A stretch of DNA of 64,000 bases from Candidatus Hydrogenedentota bacterium (GTDB lineage Bacteria; Hydrogenedentota; Hydrogenedentia; Hydrogenedentales; SLHB01), in assembly GCA_963745075.1 (NCBI GenBank), contig CAVUWV010000024.1, positions 416,001-480,000 on the forward strand, read 5' to 3'. The translations under genes were made by a program, and so were the position numbers. Positions within the stretch are counted from its first letter, which is position 1; each line of letters opens with the position of its first letter. The notes beneath the pieces were generated by a model. That model made no database searches. It was not told where the DNA came from and saw only the letters and a program-made list of their open reading frames with translations. Shown here piece after piece: positions 51,429-63,557 of this stretch.

Positions 51429-54374
51429 ATGCGAGGAACGTCGGATTACAAACCCATTTTTTCAATCGGACAGCGTGTCGGGCGATACACACTCAATTTT
51501 GCGATCGTGGTTATCGCACTGGCGCCCTGCATGCCCTCCCGCGGAGCGGACGGCGACTTCGTCTGGGCGGGGGCCTTGGGCGGTCCCGACTTTGATTATG
51601 GACGTGACGTTGCCGCGGACGATTCCGGCAATGTGTACGCTACGGGCGAGTTTAAGGGTACGGCGGATTTCGACCCTGGCGCGGGGACCTATAACCTGAC
51701 CTCGCTGGGCGGAACCGACATCTATGTGTGCAAGCTGGACAATACCGGCGACCTCGCATGGGCCGTGGCTTTCGGCGCCGCCATCGACGACGACGTGGGA
51801 GAGGCCATTGCGCTGGACGACAGCGGCAATGTCCTGGTCGCGGGATACTTTGCCGGTACGGTGGACTTCGATCCCGGCCCTGGCACGTTCAACCTTACTT
51901 CGGCGAGCAATTCCATAGACGTCTTTGTGCTTAAGCTGGACAACGATGGCAACTTCGTCTGGGCTCGCGCAGTGGGAAGCCCCGACGGGGTCGGAAACCA
52001 TAACGACCGGGCCTACGCAATCGGATGCGACGGCAGCGGAAACGTATACACGACAGGCCGTTTCCAAAGCACCGTCGATTTCGATCCGGGCGCGGGAACG
52101 CAGAATCTTACCTCGAATGGCAACCACGACATCTTCGTGCTTAAATTGGACGGCAACGGCGACTACGTATGGGCCAAGGGCATCGGAGGAATCGCGGAAG
52201 ACTACAGTTTTGCCATTACCGTGAACGGCGTCGGAAACGTTTTCCTGACCGGGACCTTTGCGGGCACGGTCGATTTCGATCCCGGCCCGGGAACATCTAC
52301 TCTGACCGCATACAACTCGAGCTTTGACGCCTATGTGTGCCGGTTGGACGCGACCGGCGCCTTCCTCTGGGCCGGCCAACTGGGCGGTTCCGGCTACGAC
52401 AGCGGGCAAAGCATTGCCGTGGATTCTCAGGGTAACGTCTACTCGACAGGCAGCTTCGTTGACACTGCGGACTTCGATCCCGGTCCCGGTACGTACAACA
52501 TTACATCCAGTTATTCCGCGGCCTACCTATCCAAACTGGACGCCTCCGGTAACTTCATCTGGGCCAGGGCCTTCCTTGGCGAGATCTCGACCGGCAATGG
52601 GATCGCCGCTGCCGGACGCGATTACATCTACATTACCGGGTACTTCAACGGGCCGGTGAACTTCGATCCAGGCTTCAGCGATTTCAGCATGACCTCGTCG
52701 GGCACGGACGCCTATGTCGCCAAATTGAATACGGCGGGTGGCTTCGGCTGGGCTAAACAGCTCGTTGGCGGACCATCGTCGCCTTACGGGGTCAGCCGTG
52801 GTACCGAAATCGCCACCAACGCCAATGGGGACATCTATACGACCGGATACTTCAGTTACGAGGTGGATTTCGACCCGGGTCCAGGGACTTTTCCCATCGA
52901 CACGGGCTCGAGCAGTTCCTATACGAATGCCTTTCTACTCGGACTGGAGGGACTGGTTCCGGAAATAGGGGTTCCGGAGGTATTCGCCGTCACCGCACTT
53001 GACGCGTCTCCCACGAACGCGGTGAGCGTGCACTACGGCGTCACGTTCAGCGAACCTGTCAACGGCGTGGACACGAGCGATTTTGCGGTCACTGCCGTGG
53101 GTGTCACTGGCGCCAGTGTGACAGCGGTCTCCGGAGCTGATGATTTTTATACGGTGACCGTAGGCACCGGCGTGGGAGACGGCGCGATCCGCCTTGACGT
53201 GGTGGACGATGACAGCATTACCGCGTCGGATGACACGATGCCGCTGGGAGGCGCCGGAGCAGACAACGGCAGTTATTCCACCGGCGAGCGCTATACGATA
53301 GATAAGAGCGCGCCCACGGCGACCATCGGGGTCCCCAGCTCCAGTATCACGGCAAACGGACCGGTAACCTACACTGTGACGTATACGGGCGCTGACAGTG
53401 TGACGCTGGTTGCCGGCGACGTGTCGCTGAACTCAGCCGGTGACGCGACCGGAGATGTAGCCGTATCGGGTTCAGGCAATCACACCCGGACCGTCGCGAT
53501 CGGCAATATCACCGGCAATGGCACACTTGGCATATCTATCGGTGCCGGGACCGCGACCGACTTCGCCGGCAACTCCGTGGCTGCGGCCGGACCCAGTGCC
53601 ACGTTTGATGTGGATAGCGCGGCCATTGCGGTGAACATCGGCCCGCCGTCCGTCACACAAACGGATACGGGACCCGTCAGCTATGTTGTGACCTACGACA
53701 ATGTATCGAGCGTGACGCTGAGTCCGGCCGACGTAATCTTGAACGGCACCGGCAACGCGAACGCGTTGATTGCCGTAGGTCCGGTGGTGAAGGCGAAACA
53801 AACCCTGCAACGGCAGGTGACGCTGTCGAGCATTACCGGCAACGGTACCTTGGGCATTTCCATTGCCGCCGGCACGGCGTCGGACGGGTTGGGGCACAGC
53901 GCACCTTCGGCCGGTCCGAGTGCCATGGTTTATGTGGACAACGCGGACCCGGACGTGGACAGCATCGTTCTGTCGCTGACGAAGGGATTGCAGGTCGACC
54001 ACATCGTTACGTTCACGGAAGCCGTGACCGGCGTCGATGTGACGGATTTTACCTTGACCACGACGGGGGCCGTGACCGGCGCCTTTGTTGCCGGTGTAAG
54101 CGGCAGCGGCGCGGTGTACACGGTAACCGTGGATTCGGGCACGGGCAATGGAACGATCCGTCTCGACGTGATCGACGACGATACGATACTCGACAACGTG
54201 GGCAACCCGCTCGGCGGCCTCGGCGCCGGAAACGGCAATTTCCTGGAGGGTCAAATGTACAGCACCGGAACGGGCACGGCCGTGCCGCTCGACTGGCGTT
54301 GGATCTTTGCAGCGCTGCTTGCGGTCGGCGGCGCCGTTATTGGGCGAATGAGGAAGATTCCGCGCAAGACGTGA
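51429..54374 (+). CDS. Large surface protein: SBBP beta-propeller repeats + Ig-like domains + C-terminal anchor
   Basis: Repeated DxSGNVYxTGxFxGTxDFDPG; FSEPV/FTEAVTGV Ig-like domains; VPLDW-TM-basic tail. Confidence 0.88.
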   Translation: MRGTSDYKPIFSIGQRVGRYTLNFAIVVIALAPCMPSRGADGDFVWAGALGGPDFDYGRDVAADDSGNVYATGEFKGTADFDPGAGTYNLTSLGGTDIYVCKLDNTGDLAWAVAFGAAIDDDVGEAIALDDSGNVLVAGYFAGTVDFDPGPGTFNLTSASNSIDVFVLKLDNDGNFVWARAVGSPDGVGNHNDRAYAIGCDGSGNVYTTGRFQSTVDFDPGAGTQNLTSNGNHDIFVLKLDGNGDYVWAKGIGGIAEDYSFAITVNGVGNVFLTGTFAGTVDFDPGPGTSTLTAYNSSFDAYVCRLDATGAFLWAGQLGGSGYDSGQSIAVDSQGNVYSTGSFVDTADFDPGPGTYNITSSYSAAYLSKLDASGNFIWARAFLGEISTGNGIAAAGRDYIYITGYFNGPVNFDPGFSDFSMTSSGTDAYVAKLNTAGGFGWAKQLVGGPSSPYGVSRGTEIATNANGDIYTTGYFSYEVDFDPGPGTFPIDTGSSSSYTNAFLLGLEGLVPEIGVPEVFAVTALDASPTNAVSVHYGVTFSEPVNGVDTSDFAVTAVGVTGASVTAVSGADDFYTVTVGTGVGDGAIRLDVVDDDSITASDDTMPLGGAGADNGSYSTGERYTIDKSAPTATIGVPSSSITANGPVTYTVTYTGADSVTLVAGDVSLNSAGDATGDVAVSGSGNHTRTVAIGNITGNGTLGISIGAGTATDFAGNSVAAAGPSATFDVDSAAIAVNIGPPSVTQTDTGPVSYVVTYDNVSSVTLSPADVILNGTGNANALIAVGPVVKAKQTLQRQVTLSSITGNGTLGISIAAGTASDGLGHSAPSAGPSAMVYVDNADPDVDSIVLSLTKGLQVDHIVTFTEAVTGVDVTDFTLTTTGAVTGAFVAGVSGSGAVYTVTVDSGTGNGTIRLDVIDDDTILDNVGNPLGGLGAGNGNFLEGQMYSTGTGTAVPLDWRWIFAALLAVGGAVIGRMRKIPRKT

Positions 54375-54688
54375 CACGCTGAAGCGACAGGAAGTTTTAG
54401 CAGCCTCCGGTGCGAGCAACGTGTCGTGTATTCGGCGCTGTCGCCGGGGTGGCCGTCTGTAGAACTACGGTCAACTGACCAATGTTGCGGCGCCAGGATG
54501 GTTCGCTGCTCCTCCATCGCCGGAGGCGCTTGCCTTCACCATCGCGCCCGCATTATCACGCGTTGCTCCATGCCGTTCATTGAGTCCATATTGCCCATCT
54601 CAAGTTTCGGCGGCCCCGTTGTGCCGTGCGTCTTCCAACTGCTAGGCTGACAGCTGTTAATTGCTTTCAACGTTTGGGGGAACTCGGA

Positions 54689-57600
54689 ATGCGCTACGCT
54701 CTTGCCGTAATCGGTTTCGTTATGGTGGCCTGGCTGGCAATGCCCGCTCGGGCGCAGGATGATGCGTTGTCCTACGACGAACTCTATCAGGGGTTCGCGA
54801 CGCCGGACCATGCCAAGTGGGGGGAAGTGCCGCTGTGGTGGTGGGAAGGCGAACGGATGACGAAGGAACGCGTCACGGCGGAGTTGGAGACGCTGGCCGC
54901 GCAGGGGGTGAAGGCGGTCTGTCCCATTCAACGCTCGCCGGGACGCTGCGATCCCCAGTCGTTCAGCCCGGAGTGGTGGGACCTCTTCGCGTACACGAAC
55001 GCGGAGTGTAAACGGCTCGGCATGTCGTTGTGGGCGTACGACCAGGTCGGCTACGGTCACTACGGCTGGCTCGAGAAAGCGGCAGCCCACGTCGCCGACC
55101 CCCGCACGAAGCGCGTGGTGGTGCTGACCGGAGAAGGAACGGCCGGCGCGGCGATTCATATTGACCTGCCCGACGGAGACGTGTTGAGCGCGCGGGCGTA
55201 TCCGCTGCGCGACGGCGTTGCCGACGACGCGGACAGCATCGACGTGACCGGCAGCGTGGCGGGCAAGCGTTTTGATTGGACGCCCCCGAGCGGAACGTGG
55301 CACGTTGCCGTGCTGATGATAGAACCCTTCCAGAGTTTCTATCTCAGCGATACCTCCGGCGACGCGTTTATCGACATGTTCTACGGCAAGCTCGAGCGCA
55401 CCCTCGGCGCGGATTCCATGGGCACGAGTTTCGCCGGCGTGTTCCAGGACGAACATCCGCCCACACCGCGCGACATCTATACCGAGGAACTGGCGCAGGC
55501 GTTTCAGGCGCGCTACGGGTACAACATCTTGCGCGCAATTCCTGCGCTGCATTTCGATGTGGGACCGCTCACGCCGAAGTATCGCACCGACTTTTTAGAC
55601 GTCTATCTCAATACCGTGGAGCAGGATTATTGGAAGCGCGTCTACGATTGGACCCGCGACCGCGGGCTTCTCACCAGTCACGACAACTGGGGACGCAACA
55701 ACATCTACCAGCAGAGCCAGGGGTACATCGACTACTTCCGTTCGCAGCGCTGGTTCTCGGCGCCGGGTAACGACGATTCCGGCCAACATCCCATCACCGA
55801 ACGCAACTATTACGACACAAAGATCGCCGCGTCCATCGCGCGCTTGTACGATCGGCCGCGCGTGTGGGAGGAAGCCTTCCATTCGAGCGGTTGGGGTCGC
55901 ACCACCGACCAAACCTTGTCGTGGCTGTCGGCCGACATGGCCTTCGGCACGAACCTCTACGACGAACACGGCCTCTACTATGCGACCCGCGCCAGCACCT
56001 GGGAACACGCCGCGCCGGACCCCCATTGGCGGCAACCGTACTGGCGGTACTACCACGTCATCTCGGACTTTGTGTCGCGCTCCTGCTATCTCATGTCGCA
56101 AGGCCACGCCGTGGTGGACGTGGGTGTGCATTATCCCGTCGTGAGTCTGCTGGCCGGCGAACCGCCCGAAACCGAAGGTCCCGATTACAACGGCTACATG
56201 GCGCTATCGAAGTCCATCTTCTTCGCCGGGATCGACAACGACATCATCGACGACGACTCGATTCTGAACGGCAAGGTGAATGACGGTGCGATCGCACGAT
56301 GGGCGGCAACGGCTACCAGGCCCTCGTATTCGGACCCGAGACCACCATGCGGCGCGCCGTGCTCCAAAAGGCTCTGAAACTGGTCCAAACCGGCGGTACT
56401 GTGATCTTTGTCCAGAAGCTACCCATCGCAACCACCGAAGGCGGGCGCGACGACGCAGAACTTAAGGCCTTGCTCCAACAACTACTCGGCCCCAACGCGG
56501 AGGCGGGCACGACCGAAATGTTTGAAAAGACGTTCGATGGCGGCGGGTATTGCGCGTTCATGCCTGCGGCGGACGAACTGCCTAACCTGGTGACGGAACA
56601 TATCACGCGCGATTTCGTGCCGACGGGTGGAATGGTTTTCGAGACCCATCGTCGCGTAGGCGATACGGATGTCTACCTCGTGCAGAGCACGGAAGCCGAA
56701 CCGTTCGCGTTGGAGGCGCGTTGTCGCGTTGACGGCGTGCCGGAATTGTGGGATCCCTTCACGGGGGACGTTTCTTCCGTGGATGCGTTTGAACGCGCGG
56801 ATGGTTTCACGACAATTCGTCAGCCAATGGAAGGCAATACCGCAACGTTCTTCGTGATTCGTCCGGGCGAGGCGCAATCGGGCAAGCATAGCATCGATCG
56901 GGATGCGATTCAGGAACGCGTGTTGCCCGAGGAATGGGAGTTCTCGGTTATTCCGACGCGCGACAACAAGTGGGGCGAATTCCGCTGGCCGCCGTCGGAT
57001 GAATTGATCGGACCCGAAGTGCGCACGCTCCGCTACCGCGAGGAGAACGGCACGGATGGTGTGGCTGCCGGATGGACTGCGAACGATTTCGACGATGCCG
57101 ACTGGCAAAGCACGTTGTACAGCACGGGTCCGTACTGGCTGATGCATCCCTGCGACGCGGGTGATAGTGCGATCGTGCCCGGCGTGCTTAAAACTCTTTC
57201 GGACGTTGCCGCGGGGTCGGAATGGCAAGAAGTAGATTTCTCCAAGACCATCGGTCTGGCCAAGGCCGCGCCATGGGGAGGACATTCCGGGTATCCCGAT
57301 GGACACATCGACAAAAGCTTCATCGATCTGCCGGAAGGACGGAAGCTGCTCTTCACGCGTCTTCGCGTGTCGAAGGCGCAACGTCGAGGATTGCGCGTCG
57401 AACTGAGTAATTCGACCCCGCGCCTGTGGGTGAACGGCGAAGAGCAACCCTTCGAAGAGGCCGTCGGCAACCTCCCGCTACGGGAAGGGGAGAACACGGT
57501 TCTGCTCGATCTCCCCGATGGTGGACATGGCCGTCTCTTCGTGCAGGCCGATCCGCCGACGGTATCGTCCATGGCCGAAGCGGCGCAGGCCGGCGCAACG

Positions 57601-58818
57601 CCGGAAATCGCAAACGCGTCGTGGATCTGGTCCGGCAGCACGCAAGCCTGCTACGTGCGCAAGACGTTTGAATTGGACGACACACCGAAAGACGCGCGGC
57701 TGACAGTCAGCGCCTTCAGCGGATACCGGCTTTTCGTGAACGGCACGAAGGTCGAAGAAGAGATCGGCCCATGGTCGGATTGGCACAAGCCTGAGACGTT
57801 CACCGTTACGCCGCTGCTGCACAAGGGACGCAACGTCATCGCCGTTTGGGGACAACTTTTCGCGGGGCAGAACGTGAACAAGGGCGAAGAGGCGTTCCAG
57901 AGCCGGGGCATTGTGCTCGCACTGAAAGCGCGAACGGAAGGTGGAAACGAAGTCAGTATCGTCACCGATGGTTCGTGGGTCGGCACGGCCGATGACTTTA
58001 CGGACTGGGAAGCAGTCTCATACGACGACAGCGGATGGTCGCCAGTCAGCGTTCGCGGGCATATGGGCGACGCGCCGTGGGGTATGGATGTTGTCAACAA
58101 CGTAGGTTCGATAACCGAACCAAAGCGGCCGCTGTCTATCGACCTGGCGAGCCCGTATCTGGAATGTTTTGATGAAGTGCCCGACCTTGTGTACGACGTG
58201 AAACGCGCGAACGACCCGCGCGTCGGATGGTATCGCTTCGAAGCCCCGCCGGGACTGCGTGCCCTTACGCTGCCCACCGACGCGGTCGCGCGCGTGTGGA
58301 TTGATGGAACGGAAGTTTCCGTTCGCGGGACGACCGCGGACGTTTCGGTGCCGCCGTCCGGCGTGTCCCAAGTGGCTATTCGGCTCGAAATGCAACCGGG
58401 CGCGTACGCGGGTGCGGCTTTCGCAACGCCGATTGGGCTTACGCTGAAAGGAGGCGCCATTGGTCTTGGCCTGTGGGCCAACTATGCATTGCCGACCTAT
58501 TCCGGGATCGGCGTGTATATGCAGACCGTCAACATGGAGAAGCCCGAGCGCGATTCGAAGACATGGCTGGATTTGGGGCAGGTGCTGGTCGCGGCCGAAG
58601 CGCTGGTGAATGGCGAAAGTGCTGGCGTGCGCGTGGCGCGTCCCTTCAAGTTCGATATCAGCAAATTGATTCGCGAAGGCGACAACACGATCGAGGTTCG
58701 CGTGGCGAATACGATTGCGCCGCACTACACGACAATCCCGGCGATGAATCTTGGCCCTACGGACTCGGGGTTGTTGGGTCCCGTGTGCATCCTGTACACC
58801 GCGCCGCCTTCCTCGTAA
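54689..58818 (+). CDS. Large secreted glycosyl hydrolase (GH106-like), frameshift near 56297
   Basis: PLWWWEG, LWAYDQ, FQDE, EAFHSSGW; WIW...RKTF module; LDLG...NTIEVRVANT...SGLLGPV. Confidence 0.8.
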
Positions 58819-59196
58819 TCGTGCGTCGTGGTCGAGACGTGGTACAAACATCGCCGATGAGTTGTCGATTTTCGATGACGGCGGCTGCATACAAAGGTCA
58901 CCAACAGAGGATATCTCTGCGGGACAGCTGAACCACGCGAAGAACATCCCCCTTGATCCCCCTTCAACGGGGGAAACGTGATCGGGCACGTCTATTGACG
59001 TATGCGTCGTGACTGGCCTGAACCCACGCTAAAGCCAGAACTACGGCGCAACGCAAAGCGTTGCGAGACCTTCCCCCTTTGAAGGGGGATCAAGGGGGAT
59101 GTTCTTCAGTGTTCGTGTTAACCTGTACGAAACATGACCACGAGACGTGCTGCAGGTTAAACCAATTGAGCCGAGTCAAGCATCCGGAGGCGACCA

Positions 59197-61308
59197 TTGA
59201 TATACCGACCAATTCTTCTTTACCTCATTGCCATTTTTTCTGCGCACGCCGCGGATCTTCCGCCGGTTGACGCATTGCCGGATCAGCCGAATCTTCCCGA
59301 TCCGTTTGTGATGATGGACGGCACGCACATCGAGACGCCGGAGCAGTGGTACGACTTGCGGCGGCCGGAACTGAAGCTGCTGTTTCAGCACTACGTCTAC
59401 GGGTACCTGCCGCCGCCCACGCCGATCCAGGCGAAGGTATTGCAGGAGAACGACGACGTATTCGGCGGGAAGGCGACGCTGAAACAAATCGAAATCAGTT
59501 TTCCCGCGCTTCCCGATAACGCGCCGCGAATTCATCTTGCGCTTTTCGTGCCGAACAAGGGTAAGCCCGCGCCGTGCTTTCTTGCGTTGAACAAATGCGG
59601 GAACCATACGGTCACCGACTATGCCGGCACGCTCGTCTTTGACGACGTTTGGCGGCACTCCGCCTGTCCGCCCATGGAAGAGTTGCGCGGCTGGAAAAAG
59701 GACCACTGGTGCGTCGAACAGAAGATCGATCGCGGCTACGCATTCGCCACGTTTCACGAGAGCGACATCGATCCCGACCAGGACGATTTTACCGACGGTA
59801 TTCATCCCTTTTTTACCGATCTTCCGGGGCCGGAGGCGTCGAAGTGGGGGACCATCTCCGCCTGGGCCTGGGGACTGCAGCGTTGTCTCGATTACCTCGT
59901 CGACGATCCGGATGTCGACGGTGCAAAGGTCATCGTGACCGGCCATTCCCGGCGCGGCAAGACGGCGTTGTGGGCGGCCGCGTACGACGACCGGTTCGCC
60001 ATTGCCATGCCGCACCAATCCGGCACCGGCGGCATGGCACTGAGCCGCAACAACGACGAAGAAACCGTCGAACGCATCAACACCCATTTCCCGCATTGGT
60101 TCTGCGACACGTTCAAGGAGTTCAACGGCCGCGAGTCGAAATTGCCCATCGACCAGCACCTGCTCGTCGCCCTCGTGGCACCGCGACCCGTTCTCGATAC
60201 CGCCGGGTTGCAGGACACCTGGGCCAACTACGAAAGCGCCCTGCGCAATCTCAAGGCAGCAGATCCCGTCTACGAGTTCCTCGGTAAACCCGGTCTTGTT
60301 GGCGACGGCATGGTCGTGGGCGACGAACCCATCGACGGCGCCGATTTCGGCACTTTGCTCCAGTACCGCCGCGATACGAAACACCTGTTTGAAGCCGGCT
60401 ACTGGGACAAGATGATGGACTTCGCGGATCTCCATTTCGGGCGTACGACGCGCGGCGCGGCGGCTCCCGAGTTTCCTCGTGCGCTCGTCGAGTTCAAAGC
60501 CTTCGAAGGCAATCCCGTGTTTGCGGGAAGTGGCCCCGGTCATTGGGACGAGCGTATTCGCGAACGCGGGTGGATTCGCTATGAGGGCGGCCAGTACCAC
60601 CTCTGGTACACGGGCTATGCGGGGTCGGAGGACGCGACCAAGAAGCTCGGTTACGCCACGTCGCCCGACGGCATCACGTGGACCCGCTATCCCGGCAACC
60701 CCATCTACGACGACCATTGGGTCGAAGACATGATGGTCGTGAAACACGACGGGACCTATTACATGTTCGCGGAAGGCAAGGGCGATCACGCCCACCTGCT
60801 CACGTCGACGGACCGGATCCACTGGACCCGCCAGGGCGCGCTCGACATCCGCATGACCAACGGCGACCCAATCCCGCCCGGTCCTTTCGGCACGCCGACC
60901 GTATTCATCGAAGACGGCACGTGGTACCTGCTCTACGAACGCGACGACGTAGCCGTCTGGCTCGCCACGTCCACCGACGGGAAGACGTGGACCCACGTCC
61001 AGGACGAGCCCGTGCTCGTCCCCGGTCCCGACGACTACGATGCCGGCATGATCGCCGTGAACCAGGTCGTCAAACGCGACGGCCGCTACTACGCCTACTA
61101 CCACGGCCTCGTCCGCGACTCCAACCCCCAGGAGTGGACCACCTGCATCGCCGCCTCGGACGACCTCCTCCACTGGACCAAGTACCCCGGCAACCCCATC
61201 CTCCGCGACAACAAGTCCAGCGCGGTGCTGGTCGATGGGCCGGATGGGCTTCGGCTGTACACGATGCATCCGGCTGTGTGCTTGCATACCCCGGCCAAGT
61301 CGCCATGA
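59197..61308 (+). CDS. CE15 glucuronoyl-esterase-like domain fused to a beta-propeller glycosidase domain
   Basis: LPDPF, WGTISAWAWG, GHSRRGK, PIDQHLLVALVAPR; then YATSPDGITW, SDDLLHW blades. Confidence 0.82.
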   Translation: MIYRPILLYLIAIFSAHAADLPPVDALPDQPNLPDPFVMMDGTHIETPEQWYDLRRPELKLLFQHYVYGYLPPPTPIQAKVLQENDDVFGGKATLKQIEISFPALPDNAPRIHLALFVPNKGKPAPCFLALNKCGNHTVTDYAGTLVFDDVWRHSACPPMEELRGWKKDHWCVEQKIDRGYAFATFHESDIDPDQDDFTDGIHPFFTDLPGPEASKWGTISAWAWGLQRCLDYLVDDPDVDGAKVIVTGHSRRGKTALWAAAYDDRFAIAMPHQSGTGGMALSRNNDEETVERINTHFPHWFCDTFKEFNGRESKLPIDQHLLVALVAPRPVLDTAGLQDTWANYESALRNLKAADPVYEFLGKPGLVGDGMVVGDEPIDGADFGTLLQYRRDTKHLFEAGYWDKMMDFADLHFGRTTRGAAAPEFPRALVEFKAFEGNPVFAGSGPGHWDERIRERGWIRYEGGQYHLWYTGYAGSEDATKKLGYATSPDGITWTRYPGNPIYDDHWVEDMMVVKHDGTYYMFAEGKGDHAHLLTSTDRIHWTRQGALDIRMTNGDPIPPGPFGTPTVFIEDGTWYLLYERDDVAVWLATSTDGKTWTHVQDEPVLVPGPDDYDAGMIAVNQVVKRDGRYYAYYHGLVRDSNPQEWTTCIAASDDLLHWTKYPGNPILRDNKSSAVLVDGPDGLRLYTMHPAVCLHTPAKSP

Positions 61309-62308
61309 TGTAGCGCAGGCGTCCCGCCTGCATTCCTTGGTAGAAGAACATCCCCCTTGATCCCCCTTCAAAGGGGGAGCCGTACGCAACGCTTTGCGTT
61401 GCGTTTTGCGGTTGGCCCGAATCCAGTTTCGGAGCAATTCACAACGTCCATCACTTCAATCTCGTGCATGCAGAACTCCCCCTTTGAAGGGGGATCAAGG
61501 GGGATGTTCTTTGTTTCCTACCAGTCCACTTGACCGGCCAGCGAGGAACACCTTGACTGCACACGTTTCCTCGCGTCTTCTCCTCGACCAATCCGCGATC
61601 CGCAATCCGAGAGGGTGCACCCCCCCTTTGCTTTTTGACGATTCAAGGGGGTGTGCGCCGGGGGTGTGGGCGTGCTTGGTGTTGGTTGTCATGGGCGGCG
61701 TTCTCCTTGTAAATATCAGTGGGGTAGAGGGTTGCAAGGGAAGTAGGCCGGAGGCTGGAGTCCTTGGACTGGTGGAATCGGGGGGGGTGCACCCCCTTTT
61801 TGCTTTTTGACGATTCAAGGGGGGGTGTCGAGTCCGGTCCCCGCGTTCCCCGTGTTCCCCGCGTTCGCGAGGACGAGGAGGAGGATGACGGGTGTGTTCG
61901 GCGATGTTTGGCATGGGCAGAGTGCTCCTTATAAATATTGCGCGGGGCGTTGCAGCGGGAATTAGGCCGGAGTCCGGAGTCGGGAGCCTGGAGGGGGGAG
62001 GGGCGCGGTCAGGACATAGGTAACACTTGAGTGTCCACCGATGGCGCTGATTCCACAGATTAACACGAATTCAAGAAATGGATCGTTGGAAGGGAGCATG
62101 GGCGTCTCGCCCGTGGTGGGGGCGGGGTTGCGCGGCGGTTGGAGATGGGCTGCGTAATGGGGTCACGATTGGGGTGCGGTGAAGCGAAGAGCAACGGGCG
62201 AGACGCCCGTTCTCCCTTGAACCATCCAGTCTGATTCCGATCATCATTTCTGGACCCGCCCGTTCGACTGTCTTCAGCCCCCGGGCGTTCCGCGACGCCG
62301 ACGCTCCC

Positions 62309-63150
62309 CTACACCATCGGCATACTCGCGACAGCGTCGAGCGGGCACCGGTACTGGATGGCGCCGAAGGGGGTTTCGTTGAGATGTTTCGTCATCTTCC
62401 AGGGGGTCATGTCGTCGCGGGCGAGGTGGAACTTGCACGAATTCATCATGCCGTTCATGGACCCGAGCACCGACCGGCTCGCCGTTTTCGCGAGGATGAC
62501 GCTGTCCGTATACGGCGCGATGCACCGTTCGTAGACGAGGCCAGATCCGCAGACCACAGCCCGAACCCCTGCCGTCCCTCTCCCTCTAAACCGCAATCGG
62601 CCCTTCTAGCTTCCAGTCTCCCGACTCCGGACCCCAGCCTGTTATCTGGACCCGCTCCGCCGTAAACACGTTCGCGTACCAGACGAGATGGGGCCGCGTC
62701 TCCGAAGCCACCGTCCCCAACTCCTGCACGCGGAACTTCGCCTCTTGCCTCGGTAATTCGTAGTCTGTCCCTGAATTTTGTGTTCCAGGGGGTCATGTCG
62801 TCGCGGGCGAGGTGGAACTTGCACGAATTCATCATGCCGTTCATGGACCCGAGCACCGACCGGCTCGCCGTTTTCGCGAGGATGACGCTGTCCGTATACG
62901 GCGCGATGCACCGTTCGTAGACGAGGCCAGATCCGCAGACCACAGCCCGAACCCCTGCCGTCCCTCTCCCTCTAAACCGCAATCGGCCCTTCTAGCTTAG
63001 TCTCCCGGACTCCGGACCCCAGCCTGTTATCTGGACCCGTCCGCCGTAAACACGTTCGCGTACCAGACGAATGGGGCCGCGTCTCCGAAGCCACCGTCCC
63101 AAACTCCTGCACGCGGAACTTGCCTCATGCCTCGGTAATTCGTAGTCTGT
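62309..63150 (-). pseudogene. DUF6933-like protein fragments, duplicated and frameshifted
   Basis: WYANVFTAD and AKTASRSVLGSMN...LNETPFGAI motifs recognised from memory of the family. Confidence 0.45.
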
Positions 63151-63151
63151 C
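62398..63151 (+). repeat. ~370-bp direct duplication
   Basis: 62398-62768 is nearly identical to 62783-63151, differing mainly by small indels. Confidence 0.92.
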
Positions 63152-63557
63152 GGAAGCGGAATTTTGCGTATTGTGGGAACTCTGGATCTTCCACCGTGTG
63201 GTTCAAGGCCGCCGTGATAAAGTTTTCGGCTAACCCCAAACTGGATTTATCGCTATACGGCCGATCCGAATGAAGGATAAACAAACCCATGGAATGCGAG
63301 ACTACCCAACCCAAACGCGCAGGGGCGGCCACGGCCGCCCCCGCTCATTACGTCGGCGGCCCCCCATGGCGCTCGGGGTGCTTCCACGGGCGGGACGCCC
63401 TGTCCCCAGGCGGGCAAAGACAGTATGGACCCCATACCCACCGAACCGTCAAGTACGAACCACTCAACCAAACGTTGCTTCCGGCACCGGGCTGGAAGAT
63501 AATCGAAAGTGCGAAAAGTGTTACCCATGTCCTGACACTCAAGTGTTACCTATGTCC

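Noticed and set aside
59176..61437. 753-aa minus-strand ORF and similar long antisense ORFs (e.g. 40311..41774, 38768..39982)
   Set aside because: Shadow ORFs of high-GC genes with clear motifs on the opposite strand.
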